A DNA stretch of 64,000 nt, from the NCBI GenBank assembly GCA_030390025.1, contig CM059432.1, positions 58,964,001 through 59,028,000 of the forward strand. The letters run 5' to 3'. A program made the translations under genes and the position numbers. Shown here piece by piece: positions 24,645 to 38,600 of the stretch (position 1 is the stretch's first letter; every line of letters begins with the position of its first letter). The notes beneath the pieces were generated by a model. The model saw only the letters and a list, made by a program, of their open reading frames with translations. It was not told the origin of the DNA and searched no databases. This DNA is from Squalus acanthias (Eukaryota).

Positions 24645-27600
24645 TAGGATGTCACTGATCAGCTGCAGGACATTCTGAGGGGGGAGAGTGAACAGCCAGA
24701 GGTTGTGGTCCATATCGGTACCAATGACATGGGTAGAAAGAGGGATGAGGTCCTGCAAGCAAATTTTAGGAAGCTAGTAAAGAGATTAATAAGCAGGACC
24801 TCAAAAGTTAGTAATCTCCGGATTACTCTCGGTGCCACGCGCTAGTGAATACAGAAATAGGAGGATAGAGCAGATGAATGCGTGGCTGGAGAGATGACGC
24901 AGGAGGGCGGTCTTTAGATTCCTGTGGCATTGGGACCAATTCTGGGGGAGATCGGACCTGTACAAGCCGGACAGGTTGCACCTCAACAGAGCCAGGACCA
25001 ATATCCTCACGGGGGTGAGTACTAGTGCTGTTGAGGAGGGTTTAAACTAGCTGGCAGGGGGATGGGAACCTGAGAGTAGATTCAGGAGGAAGGGAAGCAA
25101 AGCTGGAAATGGAAGGCAGAAAATTAGTTAGTGAGTTTGGAAGGCAGAGGAAACAAGAGCTAGAAAATAGACAACAAATGGGTTTGGCAGTGCTAAATGG
25201 TACATACTTCAACGCAAGAAGTCTAGGGAATAAAGCAGATGAGCTGAGGGCACCGATAGACATGTGAGAGTATGATGATATAGCTTTTACTGAAACATGA
25301 CTGAAAGAAGGGCAGGAATGGCAGCTCAACATTCCTGGTTACAGGATTTTCAGACCGAGATAGAGAGGGGGTAAAAAAGGAGGGGGGGTCACAATATTGG
25401 TTAAAGAAACAATTACAGCTGTGAGGAGGAATGATATGTTAGAAGGATCATCAAATGAGGCCCTATGGGTTGAACTGAAGAAGAAAAAATGGGCAATCAC
25501 ACTGCTGGGAGTGTACTATAGACCCCCAAACAGTCAGAGAGATAGAAGAGCAAATATGTAGGCAAAATTCTGAGACGTGCAAAAACAATAGGGCAGTAAT
25601 CGTAGGGGATTTCAATTACCCTAATATTAACTGGGATAGAATCAGTGTAAAAGGTATAGAGGACGCAAGATTCTTAAAATGCATTCAGAAATTTTTTAGC
25701 CAGTACATAGCAAGCCCAACAAGAGAGGGCGCGGTTCTGGACTTAGCTTTAGTGAATGAAGCTGGGCAGGTGGAAGGGGTATCAGTGTGAGAGTATATTG
25801 GTGCTAGTGATCATAATTCAGTTAGATATGGAAAAAGACAAAGATAGAGCAGGAGCAAAAGTTCTCAATTGGGGAAAGGCCGAATTTACTAAGCTGAGAT
25901 GTTATTTAGCTAAAGTCGACTGGAAACAGCTACTTGAAGGTAAATCAGTGTTAGAGCAGTGGGAGACATTCAAGGAGGAGATAGTGAGGGTTCAGAGCAA
26001 ATATGTTCCGACAAAGAAAAAAGGTGGGACTCACAAATCTAGAGCCCCCTGGATGTCAAGGGGCATACAGGGTAGGATAAGGCAAAAAAGGGAAGCTTAT
26101 GTCAGATACCGAGAGCTAAATACTGCAGAAAGCCTAGAGGAGTATAGAAAGTGCAGACATGAAATGAAAAAGGAAATTAGGAAAGCAAAGAGAGGGCATG
26201 AAAAATATTGGCAAGTGAAATCAAGGAAAACCCAAAGATGTTTTATAAAAATATAAAGAGCAAGAGGATAACTAAAGAAAGATTTGGGCCTATCAGAGAC
26301 CAAAAAGGTAACCTGTGCATTGAGGCAGAAGACGTGGGTATGGTTCTTAATGAATACTTTGCATCTGTCTTCAGAAAAGAGAGGGACGATGCAGACATTG
26401 AAGCAAGGGAGGAAATAGCAGAGGCTCTGCCCATCATTTTCCAATCCTCTCTGACTGCAGGTGTGGTGCTGGAGGACTGAAGAATTGCTAACGTTGTATT
26501 GTTGTTTAAAAAGGGTGAAAGGGATAGACTGAGCAATTACAAGCCAGTCAGCCTAACCTCAGTGGTGGGAAATTTTGGAAAAAATTCTGAGGGACAGTAT
26601 TAATCATCATTTAGAAAGGCACGGATTAATCAAGGACAGTCAGCATGGATTTGTTAAGGGAAGGTCATGTCTGACTAACTTGATTGAATTTTTTGAGGTG
26701 GTAACAAGGAGGGTCGATGAGGGTAGCACCTTTCATGTAGTCTACATGGATTCTAGCAAGGTTTTTGACAAGGTCCCACATGGCAGACTGATTAGAAAAG
26801 TAAAAGCCCATGGGATCCAAGGGAAAGTGGCAAGTTGGATCCAAAATTGGCTCAGTGGCAGGAAGCAAAGGGTAATGGTCGACGGGTGTTTTTGTGACTG
26901 GAAGGCTGTTTCCAGTGGGGTTCCGCAGGGCTCAGTACTAGGTCGCTTGCTTTTTGTGGTATATATCAATGATTTAGCCTTCAATGTAGGGGGCATGATT
27001 AAGAAGTTTGCAAATTATGCAAAAATTGGCCATGCGGTTGATGGTGAGGAAGAAAGCTGTAGACTGCAGGAAGATATCAATGGATTGGTCAGATGGGCAG
27101 AAAAGTGGCAAATGGAATTCAGTCCGGAGAAGTGTGAGGTAATGCATTTGGGGAGGGCTATCAAGGCAAGGGAATATACAATAAATGGTAGGATACTGAG
27201 AAGTGTAGAGGAACAGAGGGACGTGGAGTGCATATCCACAGATCCCTGAAGGTAGCAGGACAGGTAGATAAGGTGGTTAAGAAGGCATACGGGACACTTC
27301 CCTTTAGTAGCCAAGGCATAGAATATAAGAACAGTGAGGTTAAGCTTGAACTGTATAAAACACTGGTTAGGCCGCAGCTAGAATACTGCGTACAGTTCTG
27401 GTCACCACATTACTGGAAAGATGTGATTGTACTAAAGAGGGTACAGAGGAGATTTCCGAGGATGTTGCCAGGCCTGGAGAATTTTAGCTATGAGGAAAGA
27501 TTGGATAAGCTGGAGTTGTTTTCTTTGGAACAGGGGAGGCTGAGGGAAGATTTAATTGACGTGTATAAAATTATGAGGGGCCTAGATAGAATGGATAGGA

Positions 27601-27930
27601 AGGACCTATTTCCCTTAGCAGAGAGGTCAATAACCAGGGGGCATAGATTTAAAGTAATTGGTAGCAGGATTAGAGGAGAGTTGAGGAGAACTTTTTTCAC
27701 CCAGAGGGTGGTGGGTGTCTGGAGCTCACTGCCTGAAAGGGTGGTAGAGGCAGAAACCCTCTTCGCATTTAAAAAGTACTTGGATATGCACTTGAAGTGC
27801 AGTAACCTACAGGGCAACGGACCAAGAGCTGGAGAGTGGGATTAGGCTGGATAGCTCTTTTTCGGTTGGCACAGACAGGATGGGCTGAATGGCCTCCTTC
27901 AGTGCTGTAAATTTTTATGGTTCTATGATT
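24645..27930 (+). mobile_element. CR1 LINE (ORF1 tail, APE, RT, 3' UTR) nested in a minus-strand CR1 3' fragment (24468-24645 and 27930-28280)
   Basis: RT ORF 26575-27249 (QHGFVKGRSCLTNL, PQGSVLG), C-terminal ORF 27228-27845; host element resumes at 27931. Confidence 0.9.
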
Positions 27931-28772
27931 AAACAACTGAGCATCCACAGCCCTCTGGGATAGGGAATTTCAAAGATTCACAACCCTCTGAGTGAAGAAA
28001 TTTCTCCTCATCTCAGTCCTAAATGGCCAACCCCTTATCTTGAGTCTATAACCCCGAGTTCTGGACTCCCCAGCCAGGGGAAACAACCTCTCAACATCTA
28101 CCCTGTCAATCCCTCTCAGAATCCTATATGTTTCAATGAGATCACCTCTCATTCTTCTAAACCCCACAGAATATAGGGCCAATCTACTCAATCTCTCCTC
28201 ATAGGAGAACCCTCTCATCCCAGGAATCAATCTAGTGAACCTTTGTTGTACCGCCTCTAAGGCAAGTCTATCCTTCCTTTGCTGCTCATGCAGTTTAGAT
28301 CCATAGCAGCAACAAGCTGTTATTGCAGGATTACTGTAACAAACTTTCTATAATTCTGTAATTATATTTAAACCCATCTGAAAACACTTTAAAGTAAATC
28401 TTTATCAGATTATATATTGCTAATTACCTGATACTCCAAGTGCACCAATCAGCCCCATTACCCACTTAATTGAACCTGAAACCAACAGCTCCTCTCCTGC
28501 CTCAGTGGGTCGGTGCACTATTGAGCTGTACAGATCAAGAAGCTCTCCAATTTAATCCATGGTCTCTGCTGAGTTAACTAATCCCAGTCAGAACAACATA
28601 AGTAGCACTATATTTAGCCTCAGTGCCCTAGGTTAGAGAAGAGAAAAACGAGTCAGAATTCCAGCTCCTGACCACCGTCGAGAAACCATGCTGGAAAGTG
28701 CATGTGTGCGTAAACTGAAGAGAGGACCAGGCTTGGATATGATGTCCCCCATGACACTCACTAACTCAGTTC

Positions 28773-30425
28773 TGTAAAATTCGCAATTATCGCGATTCGA
28801 AATAACGAGATAAAGCAGATTCGTTTCATCAGTTTTATTTCAACGAAATGCTGTCATGATTAAACAGGACACAGAAGCCTGTAAAATGGCCGCCGCGCCT
28901 CGTGGCAGAAGCTTCCAGAATTTTCAGTGGGCAGACAAGATGGCGTTCGAATAAACATTTCAGTATAAGATTGGTTAATACGCAGCAAACACTGATAAAG
29001 ACAGGATGCAACCTGTCTGCATTCGACACAATAGCAAGAGATATAAGTGCTGGAATCATTTTCCATGCACAAGTAAGGACCATTGTACTGGGCAATCGAA
29101 GGCCCATCCAGATACATCAATACGCAAATTCCCCACGGCTCTACAATGAGAGAGCCATTTTCGGGTGCTTACACAAGTATTCGGAGGCCCCCAAAACCCC
29201 GCCAGGGAGGCTCCTAGCCGGTTCGACAATGGGGAAAACATTAACGGATAGTTGGCCAGTTTAAGGTGCTACCGAAACCCATTAAAGGAAAGAATCGCCC
29301 CATGCTGGGAGTTTTGTGCACCAGTATTACACAAAGGACAAACATTAAGATTTGAGAGGGAGATAAGGGAACCCAGCACTATAACTATAGACAACAAATG
29401 TCCATCGCTCTCTTATCTCGCTGATGACTGCTGAACTTTTATTCTCCTATTCTGATCCTCGGGGATCGCTCTGCTGGACGAGCAGCCTTCTGTGTTTTCT
29501 CTGGACTCTGTTGACTATGTTGGGTGGGGCTCAAACGGAACGAGTCGCCTCGACGAAGGCCAGTGACCGGGTGCTCCATCCCGAGAGTCGGTAAATGGTG
29601 TTTGGACCCGAAGGCCCGAAGAGACGAGACGAGACGAGATGAGAAGAGAAGAAGAAGAATCCACGTGCCGCCGCGGTCAGTAAACCCCGACCGCGCCCGA
29701 AAATATATAGACCATTTTTGAACTCTACAGGTTACTGCACGAACTGGTCAAAGACTCTTCTTTGAATTTTACCGGTTACCTGGTGTCGGTCCAGAAAGAC
29801 TTTTCTTTGAGTTCTACAACCGGGCCCGAGCACTGTCGAGTTCTTCATGACAACGGGGAGCCCAGCCTGCTTGCAGCAGCAGCGAAAGTAAACAAGTGGG
29901 GTACAGAGACCCCTCAAAACACGTGACAGTCAGGCGCTGCAGCGAAACGAACCGAGTGCCTTACTTTAAAATTCTCAGAAGTATCACGAGTGGTGAGCAT
30001 GTTTCCCGATCCTACAAATCTAGATTAGTGTAGGTATTGATAGGGGAGGGTGGTTTTTTATTAAGGATAAATATAATGTGTTCCCCTTTTTACGATGTGC
30101 CGTGCGTTCCTCATTACCCTAGACCAAGTTTTATGAATGTATGTATACTTGTACTGTCATTAATTTGTGCCTATGACATGTACTTCATGATTTTGGACGT
30201 TATGCAATAAAGATTTCCATTTCGTACTATTCAACCGGGTCTATTTGAGTTTTCTCTGCATTACTGCTCTCGCACCTAAGTCCAGTGTTAGAACCGTAAG
30301 GGCGAGTGGGTCGAACCACTCACAGGTGCTTATTGCAACAAGGCTGGCCGGAGACCAGAGTAAGCAATAGTATTAGGCAACGAAGGCCTAACCCCGCACA
30401 AGTACCTACGACCGAACCCCTTACA
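28773..30425 (+). mobile_element. solo LTR (1653 bp) of an LTR retrotransposon or endogenous retrovirus
   Basis: TGTAA...TTACA termini, exact 4-bp TSD GTTC (28769-28772 and 30426-30429), AATAAA near 30207, CpG-rich, no coding capacity; interrupts a SINE copy. Confidence 0.85.
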
Positions 30426-30696
30426 GTTCACAGATGAAGAATTACAGAATTAAAGGTGTTAGAAGGTGGCTGGTATCCATGGCAAATATTTATTCCTCAA
30501 TCATTTATCTTATTGTTGTTTGTGGGAACTTGCTGTGAGCAATTTAGCTGCCACGTTTTCCTACATTACAACAATGACTACACTTCAAAATACTTCTTTG
30601 CCTGTGAAACAGTTTGGGACGTTCTGAGGATGTGAAAGGTGCTGTATAAATCCAAATTCTTTCTTTCATGGAATTCAGTACCCCAGCTGATACAGT

Positions 30697-31785
30697 CACC
30701 AGAATTTTCCCCTAAAGAAACAGGTGGGTTTGGAGCGTGGGGGCAGTTAAATTGTTAAAAATGGGATTCCCGTGTTGATCCCGCCTCCAACCCGCCCAAT
30801 TCCGGTTTTAACGGGGGCAGGATGGGGACAGGACAGGGAGCAGTACCTTAATTTACATATTATAATAAGGCTGGCAGCCTCTTTTCTCACCTCCATTTTG
30901 AATTTAACTGCCTGGGGACGGGTTTCTCACAATTCGTGAAACCCAGCAGTTAAACCGAGGCGGGGACTGCTGCATCCAGGAGGTAAGTGGCTTTATACCT
31001 ACCTCCTAGATCCAGGGTCGCTGCCTAGCCCACCCCACACCACCCCCCCCAACAATCGGAGACCCTACCACTAGGCCTCCGATCGCCTTCCCAGGTCTGC
31101 CCCCCACACAGGCCTCTGATCCACACCATGAGGCCTCCCCCCACCCCACCGATGATGCTGAGGCCGGCCACAATCCTCCGTTGGCCGGCCCCGAACCTCT
31201 CTCCCCCCCCCCCGCCGACTCACTCAACCCCATCGACCCCCTGCGATCCTCGATCTCCGACCTAGCCCAAGCCGATCCCCAACCCCCCACCCCGCCGATT
31301 CCTGATCCTTCCGATCCCCAGCCAACTCCCCCTCCTGATCCTCCAACCCCCTCCTGATCCCCGATCAATCCTCCAACCCATCTTCCGATCCTCAATCCTC
31401 CAACCCCCTTTTGATACCCGATCCCCTGCCGATCCTTCAACTCCCACCCAATCCCCGATCCCCTGCCGATCCTCCGGACAACCCCCCACCGGCAACTCCC
31501 AGATCCTCGACCATGCCGACTCCACGATACCTCCCCCCCCACCCCCCCATGCCAACCCCCCACCACCTCCCCACCCCCGCGATCCCTCCCCCGGACCAAC
31601 TCCTTGTATCTGCAGGCCTACACGCCTGCAACCAGCCATCCTCTCAATCTGGCTGGCTGCGGGCGGGAATCCGAGGCCTCACATTCAAATCAGGCAGGGC
31701 CCACGGGAAACCTGGCCTCCCGGGTTTCTCACCCACCTCGGAGGCCCCCCACCCTCAATCCGCCTCCCTGGAGTAAATTCCGGCC
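30697..31785. mobile_element. Harbinger-type MITE with internal C-rich (ccgatc-like) low-complexity tract at ~31030-31600
   Basis: Right TIR gtaaattccggcc|aat; degenerate left ccagaattttcc. Confidence 0.6.
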
Positions 31786-34161
31786 AATGTATTCAGGTGT
31801 TGAGGGAAATTCACTGGAAAATAATAAATTAACAATGATCAATGCTGCAGTGGGCCCACGGTTTTTCCTCACTGCTTACCAATTAAAAGGAAATAAAAAC
31901 AAAATGGTCATGTTTGAGGAAGAATTGCTTTTCATTGTTCTTGATCAGTAATCTCACTGATTTTTGTTTCTCCAACCTTGAGTGCTTTGAGTTTACCGTT
32001 GTAAGGAAACCAAGAACAGAAATTAAATTAATCTTAGCAATGCAACATGCAACTTTATTTAACTTAGGTTTGTGAGCATTGTAACAATATTGAATGGTAC
32101 AGCTTTAATAACTTTTTATTTGGAGACTTTCTTCATAACAAGAATAAGGTAATAAACTGTAACAGTAAAGGTTTGAATTAAGACATTAGACCAGTGATCC
32201 CAATACATGAAGCAAACTGAATATCAGACAGTTTGGCTGCAAACACAATTCTTGATATTTATTAGTAGACTTGTCCCCAACCCGACATCAACAATGCACC
32301 AAACACTGTCCAGTTATTGGGAGATCAACCTTACCATTCACCGACCCAGGTAGATCTATACTAGCATTACCCCCATGTGAAGGCTATGGAGCTATAAAGT
32401 TGACATTGTTATTTTGTAAGACTACACTTGACAGGATACATTTCACAACAAGTCATTGACATTTATAACTGTCTTTCTAACAAAGTTTGGATTAATAAAT
32501 AAGAACTAAACTAAACTTTTATATTGTTAGCTCATGATATAGGATATCAAATGACTGGTGTACTCGGGACATTAATGACTTGAACATCAACCCCAACATC
32601 TGCACTCATTAGTTTAAATAGACCTTTCTTACATTTCTCAGTTCTTTGAGCAATAGTTACTCTAGAATACAAGGTAGAAAGTCCCCACTATCCATTCTGA
32701 TTATTTAAGTAAAGAATTTTGTAATAGTAAATAGATTGAACAGTGAAATGTGGGAACTACTGTGGGGAATTGATTTCACAACCCAGATGTAGAGCTGCCT
32801 ATCTGCGACAAGGACATGTGCAACTATTATACAGCAGAGATGTGGCACAGCCAGTGACAGTACCACAGTTCCCCTTCCTGATTGCTGTCCAGTGACTTCC
32901 TGCTGGAAAGTACATGTGTATAACTCATGTAGCTAACATTCTCCCATTTAAAGCATTTTTTAAAAAGAAACACACCGACTAATAGCTGAAGTTGGGCTAG
33001 AGAGGGTATGAAGTGGGCATCAAAGTGGATAGCAATAATTGCTCCCTCATTAGAAACAGGCACTCATTGGAGATCCTTAACATGGATCTGAAAGATGAGC
33101 AGAGCCAGACACGCTGAAAATCTTATTCTCAATTGTGTTGGTATCTCTGAAAATCTTTTTATTGACAGCAGGTCCGTTCCCTCCAAATGAGACAATGGTC
33201 TCAGGCAAAGAGTAATCACAGAATAAACTACCTGTGTCATTGGCATTGAGATTTTGATCCTGGGATTGATTGATTTATTTATAAGCTTTATATGTTGTAA
33301 TTTCCCCCTCAAACTGTGCAATTCAAGGCACATTGGAAGACTGGATACTGTTTATAAATTTAATTCTTAAGTTGGCAAATAATATTCATCCTGTTTCAAT
33401 TCTTCGTGCCACTGTTTCACAGTTTTACAGTTTTATTTAACAAATGATCCTGAAGAGCTTAGCATTACAGCAGGAAAGAAGCTCCTTCGTCTGCTTCTTT
33501 CATATCGATATTGGCATTAAGGTCTCTGTCTCACTATAATAAACATTGCATCCTATTATGGCTGGAAAATAAGATGGAACAAATTGTTTATGCCAGCTTT
33601 TAATTATTAATAGTGTACATTTATACTATTAATAAATGTTAGAAAAAATGATTACAAAAAATGGCTATGCTTTATTTTCCTTTCAAAATGTACAGTCATA
33701 TTGACATATGCAATAGATGATATATAGTGAGAGAGGCAGCTAATGGCAGTCGCACAGCTAGCAGAGGTTCATATAACAAAATTACTTTGAGAAAGCTATT
33801 CACATAGTGTTGGGTGGCAGGTTTAATTCACTCCACTCCACTGAGTCCCCAGTTTTAGCTGCACTGCTGTCAATGGCACCTAGTAAAGGCCACGTACCTC
33901 CCCATGAAGTATTAGGGAAACAGCAAACCAGATGGAGATACATATCTGGGCCTTTGTCATGTAACTCCAGGTGTGGCTTAAGAGTGCCATAGATGGAAGC
34001 CTAACACCAGGTAGCCTGCTCTCCTTTTAGCTGTGATTGGTGTGTGGCATAATGAGACATGTATGGAGGGAAAGGATAGAAAACCAAACAGATTTCAAAG
34101 CCTTATCTGAAAAATAACTGATTAATTTAAAATTACTAAAAATCAAATATTTTTAAACAAT

Positions 34162-34952
34162 GGGCCATAATTTGCTGTGGCAGGGCATCTAACGGTGTTT
34201 ACCATTAGTTAGACTTGCCCTTGCATGTTTAGGTTTTTAAATCTTTTGTGTGACAAGTTGCTGAAAGTGCAAACTGATAATGTCCCAGCGAGGGAAACCA
34301 GGCATCTGGGACCTGAGTGAACAGGACAAGCAACTGTGTATCTCCTTAACCAATCAGATTGAAGGATTGTGAAATGAATATTGCAAGGCCTGAGAGGCGA
34401 GTGTAAATTACAGTGGGTGAATTCAATGTCAAATCAGTACATAAAGAGAAATGAAGGGAGGGAAAGAAAGATTGGATTAAGAGAAAGAGAAAAAAGAAAC
34501 AGAAAGGAAAAGTTAAAAAAATGTTGTAGTTTTAAATTTAAATTTTAAAAATCTCCAACAACAATTAAAACCAGAAGGAATAAGACTCCACACTTGTAAT
34601 AGTTAATTTTCAGTGCCAGAGAGGTTGACTGGCAGTAATTCACACATATCACATTGTTAAAAGGGTACATAGACTGAAATTGACAAGATTTAACTTTCGG
34701 TTGCAAGTTTAGTTCATATCTACTGCACAGATACAGCGACTTTACATTGTTTAATGCATTTCAATGGGGAGCCAGCCAGCGAGACGTTGTTTTCACAAAG
34801 CTAACAGGAAGCGGCGTAACTCGGACAGAAACTTTTGGATATTGGAGTTTAACCATGCATCTGCCCCTTGCCTGAAGTTGCTGAACCATTTGCGCATATA
34901 TAATGAAGAGCACCATTAGCCTCACAATTATTTTGACAGCAAATTATGGCCC
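34162..34952. mobile_element. Harbinger/PHIS-type MITE
   Basis: Perfect 17-bp TIR gggccataatttgctgt / acagcaaattatggccc; flanks aat / att. Confidence 0.85.
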
Positions 34953-35599
34953 ATTATTCTTTTGTTTCTTTCTTAAATTATTATTCAGGGCAATTGTTAT
35001 TAAAAAAAACACTTACATTAGCCATTCCAAATTGTAGTAAGCTGTTCTTACTGATGAACCGTTGGATGCAAGGCTCTTCATAAACATACCGATCATGTTT
35101 AAATGGATAAGGCCATTTGTTCTGCATGAACCAAGTAATTTACCTCCAGATCATGTGATAAACCAAACCCTTGCAAATCAATTGCTGCCTTCAATTGGTA
35201 AGGCAGTCCTCTAAAACATCTGATAAATCATGATGGGTATTTCCAAGGAGACAGTTCGGATGGGACAGAATGAATGGTGCTTTCTACTGAAGAGATAGTG
35301 GAACAACACTAGTAAGTGCTGTTTAAGAGTCTTTTTTGTCTTGGCTCAATGTCTAATGTTCTTGAGTCCAAACTTTTTCTTAAACATTATAATGGAGTGA
35401 TTAATATTTGATGTATTAATATTGGAATATTTTAGTTACAATTAATTGATCACAATAGTTTGGAATAACTACACCTCCTACTTCTAAATTCTCCTTGTCC
35501 TGTTATCATTATGCTACAAATTGCTAATAGCTATATAAAAGATTCTTCCAGAATATTCCAGTACGACTGATAGTCCGGTGAGAACTTTTGCCCTCTTTT

Positions 35600-35658
35600 T
35601 TAATCTATGATGATCTGGTTTGATTTGCAGATCTTTGACAGACATTTCTTCCTTAAAG
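35600..35658 (-). CDS. HHLA1: HHLA1 last coding exon: SLRKKCLSKICKSNQIIID*
   Basis: tttactgcag acceptor, TAA at 35600-35602; matches TLKQKCLENICKSV*. Confidence 0.9.
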
Positions 35659-38600
35659 CTGCAGTAAACAAGAGAGATATTAGAGGCCTAAGGACTTTCA
35701 ATTTACATTCAAACAGAAGATTTCTCCAAAAGGTACACCAAAAAACTTCAACAATGATAACTTGATAGTGGTGATTCCATGATTATGTACTCTGAGCACA
35801 GAGCCATGCTCAGGATCACATCTTCTGTGTGCACTAAGTCCTGCTTGCTTATCACCACCATCCTAATTGACCTACACTGCCTCTCTATCACCCAACGCAC
35901 TGAATTTAAAATCTCTATACTCATCTTCAGATCCCTCCATGGCAGATCCCTCCATGGCCGAGCCCACCCTATTTCCACAACTCCCTCTAGCCTTATATCC
36001 CCCTACTGCACCCTTCAGTTCTCTGACTCTGGACTTTTGTGCACCCTCCATCCTTCATCCCATCATTGGTGGAAGAACCTTCAGCTACCTAGATTCTCTC
36101 CCAAAACCCACTCCCCTCTTCATTTCTTTATCCACTTTTAAAAACCTCTCAGACCCCATCTTTTCAGCCACGCATCGAACACCATTATACTTACATTTCA
36201 ACTGAGAAAAACGCTTTGTGATCCGGCAGATGTCAGCTTTTTGTGCCAGGTACCAGGAGTAGTAATCAGTGCAATACCTGAATATTCAGTTCAAATTACT
36301 GTTAAGTTTGCATTCAGCAACAGTTGCACACATTTTTAACCTGTTAAACATTTTGCAGAAATGGAACAGTAACAAAGATAAATGGCAAAAAGCCAATCAT
36401 TACAAATAAACGTACAAATCCAGTTAAACCTTTAGGGGGTGAAATTGGGTGCCTTTGCACCTCCCGTTGGGGGGCGCTAACTGGGCGCAAATGGCTTTGT
36501 GACCGGGCGCGGCGCTGACATCGACTCCCGCCATTTTCGGCTGGAGTTTTGCGGCAGCGCTACAGCGTGCGTCCCGATCTCCTTCACCCGAGATCATGAT
36601 GTCATCGCCATGCGCATCGCCCCGGACCTGAACTTGACTTCCGCCCCCTGCAGCAGTGCCGGTCGAAAACACCGACAGCTGCAGGAAGCGTGCATCGGAT
36701 GGCCGACCATTTCGGGGGTGATGATTAAAGGCGAGGTGGCCGAGGTAAGTGGAAAAAAACCTTACCTTTCCTGTTCTAGTTTTTTTCACGGGTTCCTGCC
36801 CGCGATCGATCAACCCGGCACGCTGCTTGCGTGCCGGGCTGATCACGCAGGATCGCGGCTGCCTTGCTGGTCCAGGTAGGTACTTTTTAAATTGCAGAGC
36901 CTGCAGTGATGGCCCTTCCCTTTAAGGGAGGGAAGGAGCCTTCGAACGCGGCAGCGCTGCACGGCCCAGTGTGCAGCATTGCTGAAGTCTCCGCCCCACT
37001 CTCCGACGTTAGCGCCTTAAGAAGGAAGTGGAGTGCTTGATTTAGCGCTCCACTTCCCTCTTGGGGCACTAAAACTCAATTTTGTGGTTGCCAGCACTAA
37101 TTAGCACCAGGCGCTAAAGTTAGCGCCCCAAAATGGCCGATACCGAATTTTTCCCGCTTAACACTTAATAGTTAGCAGTCAAGGTACAAACATTTAGATC
37201 TCAATTATCAAGATAAGCCAGGGTGATTCTGGAAGACTCTGAAGGAAAAGGAATTCTGGTAAGGGGGAAAAGGGGATGTAGGCAGATTTTCCTACATTAA
37301 AGGGAGTTCGGTTTACCCCAGGAAATTTCACCAATATAAGGATTCAAGGCAACTTATGCCATCTGAGAGTTGGTAGGAGTTCCACTGACAACTCTACAAA
37401 GGTTTCAAAACCTGGTACAAGGGGTCCACTAGTACATTGGGAGCAGACTTTTAAGAAAAGATTTTCAATGGGCCCTTCCAGATCCTCCTCTTGCACAAGT
37501 TTCATTTATATAGTGCCTTTAACGTAGTAAAACGTCCCAAGGTGCCTCATAGGAGCGCTATCAAACAAAATTGGACACTGAGCCACATAAGGAGATTAGG
37601 ACAGGTGACCAAAAGCTTGGTCAAAGAGGTAGGTTTTAAGCAGCGTCTTAAAGGCAGAGAGAGAGGTAGAGAGGCAGAAAGGCTTAGGGAGGGAATTCCA
37701 GAGCTTAGAGCCTAGGCAGCTGAAGGCACAACTGCCAGTGGAGGAGAAATGAAAATTGGGGATGCGCAAGAGGCCAGAATTGGAAGAGCGCAGAGATCTC
37801 GGAGTGTCATAGAGGTGGAAGAGGTAACAGAGACAGGGAGGGACAAGACCATGGAGGAATGTTAAAACAAGAATGAGAATTTTAAAATCGAGGCATGGAC
37901 GGACCAGGAGCCAATGTCGGACAGCGAGCACAGGGCTGATGGGTGAACGGGACTTGGTGCGAGTTATAAAAGAGTTTTGGATGAGCTCAAGTTTGCAGAA
38001 GGTGCAAGGTCAGCCAGGAAACCTGTCATATGCTGAATCGACAGTGATGTTGCCGAAGTCCCTCACTTGCAGTTTGGAAGGAGCAAGTGGTATTACATTT
38101 TAGAGCTGTGCCACTGGCAGAGCTTTTTTTTTTCTCGATTTGGGTTTCAGATCATTGAGCACAAAGTGGTGTTACTCATTCAGGGCTTCTTTAGCGAATT
38201 GAAGGTGAGCTCCTTACTCAATCCGTTCTCCTTCTCAAGAGTGAAACAGGGGAATCCCCATAGTGAAATCCATGTTGCTCTATAATATTCCTTTCTGTGG
38301 GTGGGAGCCAAAAACATGCTGGTGACAAGAGAGCCCTTCATTCTGGCATCTTAAATTGCAGCTCAGTAGTTTCCCAAAACAAAAGAGCCCCCCTAAAGTG
38401 TACAGTCAAACCTGAGATATGGATAAAAGTTGTCCAGGCAGTGAGCCTCTTTCAATGGACTACTTACACTGGGTGGATCTTTTTTAATTTTTAATTTATT
38501 CATTCACGGGGTGTGGCATTGCTGGCAAGCCCAGCATTTATTGCCATCCCCAATTCCCCAGAGAAGGTGATGGTGAACCGGCTTCTTGAACTGCTGCAGT

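Noticed and set aside
31006..31776. Gly-rich and Pro-rich ORFs
   Set aside because: Low-complexity MITE interior
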